In this document: piece after piece, positions 11,601 through 23,600 of the stretch
Layout of the letters: every line of letters begins with the position of its first letter
How positions within the stretch are numbered: the first letter of the stretch is position 1
Origin: Hydrolagus affinis
Lineage: Eukaryota
Length of the DNA stretch: 64,000 nucleotides
Reading direction: 5' to 3'
NCBI GenBank assembly: GCA_012026655.1
Contig: JAAILG010000672.1
Coordinates: 1-64,000 of the forward strand
Notes under the pieces: generated by a model
Told to the model about the DNA's origin: nothing
Seen by the model: only the letters and a program-made list of their open reading frames with translations
The model's database searches: none
Position numbers and translations under genes: made by a program

Positions 11601-14600
11601 CTCCACGTCTTAATAATCTCTGTAAAAAGAAGAAAACCAAACATACCACAATATTAGTATATTACAAACTGCCACAGGCTATTTCAAGTCTTACTTCCCT
11701 GCCTTCAATAGACACTCAATCACATCCTACTATCTTACCAGCACTTCACTTTGAAGCCGGCTTTCTTTTAAGAACCACAGAAAATGGGCTTCAAAGCTAA
11801 TACTGAATTCAACAATTTATCAAACTCCAGATCCTGGTTGAACAAGATCCCATAGATCTCAACACTAACCTGACTCTCGTTAGGATCACATTCAAGAGTG
11901 TAATTCTTCAAATGTAGTTGCAAACAGTCATTACATTGCAATAGCGTGCACACATTATTAACAAAGTACATCTAGTATTAACCTTGCTTTCCCGCAAAAG
12001 CTAAATTAGATACTTCAGTGTGCTCTAACGGGCCATAACTCCTCATATTCATATTAAACGGTTCTGATGCACACACAGTGAAAGTTGTTTTGACTCTTAC
12101 CTCAGAAATGCTCATTTCTTCCATCTCAGCCAGCGTTGGAGCTTTCAGTAGTACTCTGGGTCGAGGACGCTGTGAGCTACCCGTGGGCTCAGGAGTTGAG
12201 AGATCTATGCACGAAGTGGACTTTAGCTGATCAGAGCAAGCAATCAAAAGACATGGCAACGATCCAAAGGTTACCTCTGAAAAGACAATGAATTGGTTAC
12301 AGGAAGTTAATCAAAGGTTAACCAGATCAACTTAACATTAGAAGCAAAGTACACTGACTCTGTGCCCTCTGGAGAAGTGGATATATAAGTCATATGGCAA
12401 AGTCCCGCTATAAGACGTATAAGTTGGTTCACTTTTAAGGCAGGTGCACGCGTCCAGTCGGCTTTGCCTAAACCACGGCTGACATCAACGTCAGTGATGA
12501 CTCGGTGACTCAGAAGCCGGCCAGCTTTCTGTGTGCTGACAGTATGGTGACCAGCAGACACTATGGACCATGCTCCGTTGCAGCGCGGGTTGGAATTTTA
12601 CAAACCCCCAACCACTGGCTGATGACAGGACTATACTGTATAAAGTCCATTGTTTGCCAAAACTTGCTTATGTTTCGGGTAAAATCATTTCAAATCTACA
12701 GTATTGACAAAAAACCTTGGAGCTTGAGAATTACAATTACATCAGAAGCTCGTGAATGGAATGTCGTAATATTTTTCTAGATGGGGCTGTTTATGGAGCA
12801 TTTTGTGATTCACAGTCTAAGTATACACTTTCCTAGTGTTGTTCCAGATTTCAACTTGTTCCCATTACACTTTCATCGGTCACTTTACCGGTTAACCTCC
12901 CTCCTCTGTTCTGCACGCGCCTGGATTGGGGTCGTGCTCTACCCTCGCACAGGGCACCTCACCTTGCAACTTGATTCGGCCCAACTTCTCCACTGGCCGG
13001 AGTTTTCTCTCGGATTTGATCTCCTCCAGAATCCTCTCGTGCAAACTGGGAGGTTTCTGAGGTTTGGGGCGTAGGTTTCTTTCCGAGACCTGAGGGAAAT
13101 GAATCACACTCTTTATTTACCCTGTGGGGAGGACTGGTTCAAAGGAATTTATAATAGTTCTAATGACGGTGCTAGAATTTCGCACATATGTCTTGGGCGA
13201 AAGTCACCATGACGGTGCTTTCAGTCTCCCTTCGCAACATTCCAAATACCTTCCACCCCCTCATTCAATAACCCAAATTTCCTTTCCTTTCTAGGAAATT
13301 TCCTAAAATATCTCTCCTGAAATATATTTATATTCATATTGTCAAAACCGTCCTTCGCTTAAGGTGCAATTCGTTTTTAAAATTGATGACTATTTTCCCA
13401 TCCAGTGGATTAAAATAACCATTGGTTGATGGCAGGACGTGAATCCAGGCAAGAAGCCATCCATCCAAGACTAAGTCATTCCTTTATGTTACTGGCTTTC
13501 TCTACCATCCCTGCTGCACTTTCCTAATTGTTGCTTTGCATTATATTATACAGGCATGTGCTCCAGGCACACGTTAAAACATCATGTGCACATGTCAAGG
13601 GGTCGTTGTGGCACTTTCCTGCATAAATACAGCAGTACTCTGGAGTTCTGGAGTAAGTAGTTCCTCTAGCCTGTATAATAATAAAACTAATAATAATAAT
13701 TCTTGCATTTGATATAGCGCTTTTCTAGACATCTCAAAGCACTTCACAAATATATTGTAAAGTGAATTAATTGATTGTATATTTTGTCTGCAAAGCACAG
13801 CAGCCATTTGTGCACAACAGTGTCCCATAAACAGTCGTGGATTGAAATTACCAATTTATTAAATTTTTTTGAGGGATTATATCATGGGTGTGGAGTAAGG
13901 AAACTTGCCCAATGTTTCGCCTAGCCTGGAATCAAATCCAGGTCTCTCGCAATCCAGCCACATGCACGTTATAGAATATCTGCTAACTAGCACAAGGGGT
14001 AGGATGCACACTCATGACGAGCTATTGGCTGAATGAGAAATCACATTACTGTGTAGTAACGAGAATATGCCTTCAGCACTGAATCTTTCAGTGAGTCTAG
14101 CTGAAGACAAAGCAGTTGAATTGAAATGAGTGTTAGTTGCTCTGAACTATAATTCCTTTGCCAAACATGCCCTGGCACAAATATAAACTTAGCACTATAT
14201 TAAAATAATACATACCCATTACAATTATCTGCAGGCAACCAATTTAAGTATGGCTGAATTAGATAATAATTTCTCTCTCTGTCCTCTCCCTCCCCCCACC
14301 ACCCCAAACACAGAGCTTGCTTCTGTCAAATGTTTCATCCAGCAGTCAGTGTCAGTCAAAGGCTCCCAATAGGGCCAAGCCACGGAGCAGCAAAGGACTC
14401 ACTCTGAACTCCGATGACCTCTGTATGAAAATCAATCACTGAATTCGTGAGGCGTCAGGCTGCCTTCACACAGCAAGTTTTTCCATTATTAAAGGTTGGT
14501 TTAAAGGGAATTTTTTTTCTGAGCTAAAAGGATTACATTCAGCAGCCAACTGCACTTAACAGCAGATGATACTTCTGACAAGATGCCCACACTATTTGAA

Positions 14601-17600
14601 TTGATAATTGCAAGCAAACTCCACTTCAGACAAAATCCCACTCCAGGGGGACTGGACTGAGAATACATCAACAGCATAAAATATATCTTCAGAAAACCAG
14701 TGCACATCACACTGCAGAGCTAGGATTTAATTCTTTAAATTCTGACGGGCCTAATAATGAATTGAATAAAGTGTGATGGACAAGGATGATGAAACAACCA
14801 TATTTTGCCCCAATATATTTTAGCACATCTTCCGAGAATTTCATGCATCCCACCTACACATGGAATTTCCCAGAGATAGATCGCTGGAACAGAATGCGCA
14901 CTCTCTCTCTCCCTGGAGAGACCCATCCTGTTTAACTAATTCTGGAGAGTATTTGACAGTTTGCTGCCTGTTCAGGTAAATGTTAAAGATCCCACAGTTC
15001 TATTCGAAAAGACAAAGAAATGGACAATAAATTCCCCAGAAGGCTGTTTGGGGGACACTGCTGTGCGCAACTGACTGCCGAATTTCGTCCACAAAATGCA
15101 GTCACTCCACTTCACGGTATATCCTCCCTGAACCCCGAGTTCGGGTCTGAAAGACTGATTGTCCAGTGCCTTGGGACGTCCTCCCGATGTGAAAAGTAAT
15201 TTTGTTGTTGTAAATAATGTATAGCACTTGACAGTTAAAAATCAATATTGCACCAAGCTATTTTTATTTATGCTATTGATAATTTGCTGCAATGCTGATC
15301 AATCTGCAACATAATTATGACAAGCTGTCTAACTGGACACCACTGATTCATTGCCATGGACATCAATCATCCCATGGAAATTTGAACCTGTTAACATCCA
15401 ACAAATGCCAGAGGAGAGATGAGGGCGAAACAGAAAAACATTCTGAAAAAAAGCTACAAGTTTTTGCAAGTTATAAGTGTTGTCACATGCGTGTTGAGCA
15501 GGTTCACTGAAAGTTAGACAAAGTGAGGAGATTGCCTCACTACAGTACGTGTGAGTGAATATATTATGAGTCTTTGCTGTCCAACAGTTAGATTGCAGGC
15601 ACCCTCAATGTACTTGCTAAGATACCAAATCCAACTGCCAAATACACATAGCTTCTTCAAACAAATAATTAACTTAAGTGGTTACGCATTCAGATTGGCT
15701 CTCTTGTCAAGTTAATGAATTACAGACCAGGATTTAATTTTTAACAGACGGCACATTTTGGGGTGGGGTGGGGGGTTGGGATGATGGGGGGTCAAGAGGA
15801 TTTAAGTGCTGTAAATCTTGTCATGTTAAACCATAGTCCCATGGCTGCCAGAGGCCCTGACCATGTGTAATGTGATCCTCCCCTGGGAGTGTTATTGTTT
15901 ATTTACACCGGTGTGTGCAAGTGTGTGTAAGTGTGTCGTGTGCGTGTATGCATCTGGAGAGTTTCTTTCTACAACACATCATCTAAAGCTTCCCAGTTCT
16001 TTTCACTGGTTTCTACATATCCAGAAACAGAAAATCCAATGCTATATACATGCTTGATAAAGTCCAGTCGAGTAATCCAATTCATTTCCTCCATTTAGGT
16101 CAGATATTGTGGGCGTAATCTTTACAAACGCAGCAACAGAGGTAAGCAGGGATGGTACATGGAAGTTATTGCATTAGTACAGATTAGAATAAGGCTAATA
16201 TTTAGTTAAGGTTCAGCCTAGGATGAATTGCCCAATCATTAAAATGTAGCTCTTACCCAAATCCATGTTGTCATTAGAAATCCTAGCCAAGTAGTTGGTA
16301 ATAATACGAGAAGCAGAAAAAAAACAGGTGGAGAGCAGGTGGAAAACTGAAAGAAATTTAGGACAGACACGATTCCTTTCCAAACAACAAAATTACATTT
16401 GTACTGAATATCGCCTTTCACAACAACAACAACTACTTTGATTTATATAGCACCCTGCACGCCGGACGGCGTCTCAGAGCACTTCACATCGGGAGGACAT
16501 CCCAAAGCACTGAAAACAAACAACAGGGCGAATGAGAACAGAAGGAAAATAAGTAAAGATTTCCCTTGGAGCTGGGGAGGGTGGGGTGGGGGAAGAGAGA
16601 GCAAGAGAGGATTAAATTAAAACATCTATTTGATGAAGTAGAAAGGTTCATATCAGGTTAATGTTTACCGGTTTTAAAGGAGGCCGCGATCTTATAAAAT
16701 CAAGAATGAGTTCATGAGCATCTTTCTTCACTCGAGGTGGGAGGCCCCCATTTACCTGCAAAATAGAAATACAATTTCAGCTTGTGTCATCAGAGCAAAG
16801 GAGTTAGCAACGAGGCACAAATCAAACGACTGATATGAACCAAGTCAATGACATTGGCTGCTTTTCAGCAGTCTCAGTGTCTCCTCTTAGCTTAATAAAA
16901 ACTATTCATTCTGTTCAGAACCACATTGACAATCATACCTCATCATCAGTCACTACCTTCAGGAGAAGAGGGTAGAGAAGAGAAAATATATATACTTTTT
17001 TTTAAAAGTAGAAAGATCATGAGTGGATTCACGATCAATAATTTTTTTTAAAAAAAAGTCCTTTCTGGGTTCACATTGAATAAAAAGAAAATACCCAGGG
17101 TTTGCTTATTAAATCAGTATTTTTTAATTGAATTGGGGATTGAATATAATTTCTGTCCAAGAACACACTGACTGCACAAGACCTGGTATTCCAGAAATGT
17201 TTAGCAGTCCACGTAATAATGTACTCAGCAGAAGAAAAAGAAGAACTCAATCTAGGACTGAGTGGAACATTCTATTTCAACAACAACAAAATTACACTTA
17301 GTGTGCCTTTCATGTTGGGAGGACATCCCAAGGCGCTGATTTCATTCAGTTACCAGAGTAAAATGACGAGTCAGGAGCTGATCGCTTTGAACTGCATGTC
17401 ACTGCTGAGTACAGAATCGGAAGTCTAACAATCTTCCCCAAGTAAAATATTGATAAAAGCGGATTTATGGTTGTCAGAATCCAGTCCCTCTCTCCACTGC
17501 CTTTGCAGAGAGTATATAGGCCTCAGCAAATAATGCCAACCCAAATTAGCTGATCTTCAATCGTTCTTAAACCCCTGCAGGTACACACACAGACACACAG

Positions 17601-20600
17601 ACTGCTTGAAAAACAATCTGGATTATTCTGGGTCATTTGCTCAGGAAATGTAGGCAACACAATATTCATCATCTTTCATAGTCAGCTGTGAGAAACACTT
17701 GGAGACATCCTCTCGAAAGGTAAAAGGTGCTCTACAATTCCACCCCCAAAAATATACAGTCAATCCATTTTATAGTATATCCTGTGAAACGCTTTGAAAT
17801 GTCTCAATGACATGATAAGGCACTATATCAAATGCAAGGATTATTATCATAATTAACTGTAAAATAGCATTGTATTGCAGCAAAAATCAAAGGACAGAGT
17901 GAGTAATGCACCTCACAAAAACAGCCAATACATCTTTAATTTAGTAGTCCTTCTGCAAGCATATTATTAGTCAAATTTGAAACACACATGGAATATCAGA
18001 ACTTTCAATGAAGGCTTCAGTGAATGACACAGGTGGTAAAACCACAAGGTATACAACTGAGCCGTAAAGATCAGGAACTGTCTTGGGTTCAATCTGGTCT
18101 GTGCTTAGTTAGATGAATTTTGTGAGGGTGAATCACAGGCCTTCTTGTGTCCATGGGTTAGAGAGGGGGAATCAAAACCCATCAGGGTTCCTGTTCTTGT
18201 TCGCGACCCAGTTACAGTGGTTTGAAACAGTAAGGGTCGGGATGGTTGACTAGGCCCCTAATATGTATACATTATCTCGGCTCATACATGAAGAACAGCC
18301 ACTACAGTGAGGCTCAAATACAGCAACATGACTGAAGGGATGGAAATGATGTTGACTGGTGACCTGATGCCCACAAGTCAGCAGTTTGTTGGGAGGTCGT
18401 CACAAAACACTCCACAAGACTTACAATCAGAATAAAAAATAATAATCCTTATGTATGATATAGCACCTTAGCCCGTCAAGACACCCCCAACAAGGCTCTT
18501 CATAGGACATACTCTAAAATGGATTCACTTGTGGGTCAAGTACAGTGACAAAGAAGTGTTGTGACTGTATTTTGTAGGGCGAGAGAGTCAATTTTCTGCT
18601 GGAAAAGGTTCAAAATGAAAGAAACAAACGATTGACGAGTTGCTCTTACCATAACCTTGCGGAGTTTATATTTGCGAGTTCGAATGTCCTGCATCAGCAT
18701 CTCAAACGGCGTCAGTTGGAATTCGGTCGGCAGTGGGTTGTACTGTTTCTCCTGCACGTTTTTTAGTTTGACACCGTAGCGTAGTTCCTTCATCAGCTGC
18801 ACCCAGAGCCGGGTCTGCGGGGCAACAGCAACAAATTCCACTTGCATCGCGCTCTTCATGTCGGAAAGATGCCCCAGGGCGCTGGACAGTCAGGATATTT
18901 TGGACCTGAGCTGGGAGTTGGGGGTGAGAAGGCGAAGAGGGCCGGGGGGGGGGTGGGGATGGTAGGGTGGCTGAAGGCACGGTCGAAGAGGAATAGTAAT
19001 AATCCTTGCATTTGATATAGCGTTTTTCACATGCTCCAGACGTCTCATAGCGCTTCACAGAAGCTGCTGTGAAGTGAATTGACTACATTTGTGGGTGAAA
19101 GGAAGGTCTTTAGACGGGGGGCAAGAGAAGGGGTGAGGCAGAGGGATTGCTGGATAGAGTTCCAGAGTGTGGGGGCAGAGATGCTGAATGCCCAACTACC
19201 AATGGTGGGGCAGGAAGTGCAGGGCAGTGCAGAGGAAACAGCTCTCAAACAGCCTTACAGTGAGTGAAATAGCAGCACAACAACCTCCAGCTCAGTGCAA
19301 GGAGGTCCAGTGAAGAGCGCATAAAATGTATTCAATTAGCGAACAGCGAAAACCTCAACATTCAGTCGCCTCGGCAGATCAGTGAAAAGAAAGAAGGTAG
19401 TTTCCTCCGGTGGCCAAGTGGCTAAAACTATACATAAAAAGAATCGCAAAGTAGAAAAAAAAAAATTTTTTTCTTTCTTCTTGAAACACTGAGTTTATAC
19501 AGGTTACACACCAATGAGTGAATAGGAGGATTTTTACCCACCCAATCAGTGTGGTTCAGGTTATCGAGCTCCGCCGATGCTGTGTGCTCTGAATGGGGCT
19601 CTCCAGCCTGCATCTTCTTCAGCGTCTGGAACACAAAGGGTGTGAATATCAGAGCGACCAAACTCCCCATCGTCACAGTTCAATTCTGTTGGTAGATGCA
19701 ACACACTACCATTGAAAAAAAATCTACATGCAGAAATCACTAATACATTATATATTTTTAAAAAGACTGGTGGATTTCAGAACAGTTCCAAAATATCTTG
19801 GATTGTTCACAATAGCAACAATGTCCCTTTGCTCTCAGATCAAGACCCCAACTTCAACGTGGGTGATATCAATCTCCTTTGTATAGTAAACCCAGCTGTT
19901 ATTTTTAGTGCACACAGCTAGCCGATGTTTGAACTTTTCCATAGCCAGGGAAGTCCTCCTGACGTGAAAGGCACTCTTTATATGTGATTTTGTTGTGTTG
20001 TTGTTTGAAGCGCTCTGAGATGCCGTCTGGCGTGGAGGGCGCTATATAAATGCAAGCTGTTGTCGTGTTGTGGTTGTTGTATTCTGACTGATTTACTGGA
20101 GAGGAGGAGCTCATTGATAAACAGGTGTGTTTCATGAACTCATTCCAAATGGAAACAAAACACAAAATACTACAGACGCTGGGAATCTGAAATAAAAACA
20201 AAAGTTGCTGGGGAAACTCAGCAGGTCAAACAGCATCCATGGAGAGAGGAAAAGGAGTCAACATTTCGGGTTTACAACCCTTCGTCTACAACCCTTCCTG
20301 ACGAAGAGTTATAGACCTGAAACGTTGACTCCTTTTCCTTTCTCCATGGATGCTGTTTGACCTGCTGAGTTTCCCCAGCTACTTTTGTTTTTGTTTCATT
20401 CCAAATGGGAGCTGGAAGACTCCCATATAATTTGCTCTAGCTACCAGGGGGACAGATTTTAAATCGCCTAATTTATAGTCCAGATTTAATTATCATTTTA
20501 TTTAAAAGTAGATGCTGATAAGAATCTTAGCTCGATAATAATCAACCTTGAAAGGTTTCAGGTTCTTATTATACTGATGTAATTTGGTACAAATCACCGC

Positions 20601-23600
20601 GGGACATTTGGAGTGAATGAAATCATGAATAATTCAAAACAGTTATTAGCATTTCTTGGCAGAATATTAATTTGTAAATAAAAAAGCCTTTTTACAGTTT
20701 TAATGAAATTTTGTACTTAATCACCAGAAAGGTGAGATATCTAAGGACTGTATTGAATTGGGTGTGTGTGTTTTATAACATTCCAATAGCTGCTGCCAAA
20801 ACATACAGAATACAGCTCTTGAAATCAAGAGGTTGATCTCTCTCATAGAACGAGGTGGATAATTGCTGGCCAGAGAGGAATGACATTGGCTGGACCCCAA
20901 GTTAACACGGTGTACTTTCCTCACTAATGTTATTCAAGTCAGTAACACTGGGTGAAGATATTCCAATTGCTGGTTTAATGCCTGCAGTGCCCAACAGCAG
21001 GTTCAAGTCCCAAGTGATTTAAATGTCCCTGCAGCATTCAGCTTGGAGCCTTTCAAATGGTCCATCTACAAAATACACTCTCTGCACTTTACTGTAAAAT
21101 CCTATTGAGTTCCACACTTGCTTTTATTTATTCTGGGAGGTAAAAGCACGGGGAAAGAGGGAAATCAAAATATTTTATAAAGAAATAGGCATCTCCTGTT
21201 TATTAATTTTTCCACTTTGTTCTCTTACCTTCCAAAATAAATCCCACTAAGGGTTTACACTTCAGGTTTACATTTGTGGACTCAGATATGAGATAGCAGT
21301 GGGCAATAAAACACTTCCTTATTTGGAGCATCCAGTGCTGTAAAACATCCCACAATCCAGGTCAGATATGACAAGATCCGAGACTATGAAATATTCCCTG
21401 CTTTTATTAATCTACATTCCTTAGTTTATATCCTGGGAAGAGCTGGAAACTGAATGTGTAAATGCTCCAAGCTGTTGTTATTTGAGTGCAAATATTCTAT
21501 CACTACCCCAGAAACAATTTACAGTCCCGACACTTAATTCCAGGTGCACATTATATTACCGTTACTGTATCCATTACACATTATATTGTAGGGCAATATA
21601 ACACATCGCACTGCAATACACAGAATCACCTTCCAGTATTTTTTCATCTGTGACTATTAAGTCAAGGCTTGGCATGGCCAGAAGGAAAATACTGTACTAC
21701 ATGTTGGCAAATGATTGGAAAAAATGTCAGTAACTTGGGCTGCTCCTGCACGGAGAATTTTACCAAGACATCGGATGGACAAAAACAAAAATACTGCACT
21801 GAAGATTTTTTCTCCAAATCCATGCCAGCTATATTCTGGGGCATGAGTTGAACACCAATTTAAAAAAAAAATTCCCCACTTTACAGCTTGCCTCCCCTTC
21901 TGGGCTGTTAATTCATGGATTTCCAAAGTCGGGATTGAAACAATGATATTTCTTCGTTCAGCCTCAGCTGCAGTCTGTGCTATCACACATTCTTACACTG
22001 AAGCTTTCCTTTAAAACCACTGTCCATCTGGGCACGAGCTCTCTTGAAAAGCTGTCCTCATTGATGCCAGTGATCCAGAAGATGGATCTGATTGTTTTGG
22101 AAGCACAAAACAAAAATCAACCACAAAACTCTCTTTGGATCAGTCATGATGGCATTATAACTTCCATGACAGCCAGTAAGATTATTTGGAATGATCTCCC
22201 ACGTTCCTCGGTAACATTCAGACTCAGCTGTCCTGACCTCTGTAATAAATGCATCCATGTTTCACCGTCAAATAAATCTACAAAATGTTCTGGACAGCCA
22301 AGCAACCCGGGCTCCTCTAGCTGTGAACTGTGTGCACGCAGACACAAACAAACACAAGCACAGGCAAACATTCATCACAATAGCTAAAGCTATGGATTTC
22401 AATATAGTTCAGGTCATGTTCATATGCAGTTTGGGCCATGACATGAGGAAGTGACAGCCAGGATGGTAGAAGGTGAACCGGATGGACCTTAGTCTTTTTT
22501 GGTCTAGGCAAGTCTTTTGTCCTTATGCTCTCAATGTTTTGTTTGTGGCCATGTGACACAAGCTTACATACGTCCACAAGTCACATGTAGAGAAAAATCC
22601 TGGGTAAAGCAGCAAGACTCTCTCGCGCTCTCACAGGTTCTAAGAACTCCTGCAAACCGTTTGAGCCGAATGGCCTCCTTCTACCCTGTAATAAATTTCT
22701 CAAGATACCATGAAGCTGGTGGGGGTTGGATGCGTTATAATAGCAACATGGCCTGTGGACACCAAGGAAGAATCTGACGGGCAGGTCTCAAAGGTAGAAA
22801 ACTAGAAGTAAAGAACAGAATAGAATCTAATCTCTCTCTTCCTCTCCTAGCCTCTCACCTTCGTCGCTATGAAATTGCAGCCCAACAGTTGAGTCTGGGA
22901 CAGCTAGAAGGAGGAGTCCGAGTGAGTGTGGGACACACTCAATACTTGGCTTCTCCCGCTGTGGGTCTAAACGGGAGCAGAGAGAAAGAAAAGTGTAAAA
23001 ATGACAAAAACAGAAAGACCGCACGTTTGCCAACATCCATGTGCAGTTTTGCTTTTCAAAAACTTTCCTTTTTTTTTACACTTTTTTTTCCCCTCGCTCC
23101 TCTTTAGAACCTTTCTTCCAAAAAAAAAGAGCCACGTGAAGGGTAAGGTGTCACCAAATCAGCCGATTAATTCAGGGCAGGAAAAACATGAGTTTTGTTT
23201 ATCCCGACTTCTCAAAAATATTTTTCAAATCTTGCAGTAAGTGGGAACCAAAACATCCATTTCCTTGATTATCTGGGCTCTTGATCAATCTGACTTGATC
23301 AATCTGAACTGTCAATTCTGTCTTTAAAGTGTCCAATGAACAAGAAACCAAGGCGGGATACATTAAGGAACAGAGTGGGACATTGCACAGACAGCTCCCA
23401 GTCAATCATTCAATCACAATCAACACAGAACTGAACTAGAAATTTGTAATGCAACATTTTTCAAAACATGCTACTTGTGTAAATGCTTAAAATGTTACTT
23501 CTGTAAATGCTTAAAAGTCACTGACTAAACCTGTGCAGCTAACCGTGCGGATATAGAGTCGACGACTTATTTCCTCATGGGTTCAAACGGTAATAAAACT

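Noticed and set aside
21977-22387. 136-codon plus-strand ORF
   Set aside because: Non-ATG start, no recognisable domain and no clear donor. It would matter only if the antisense exon at 22851 proves real.
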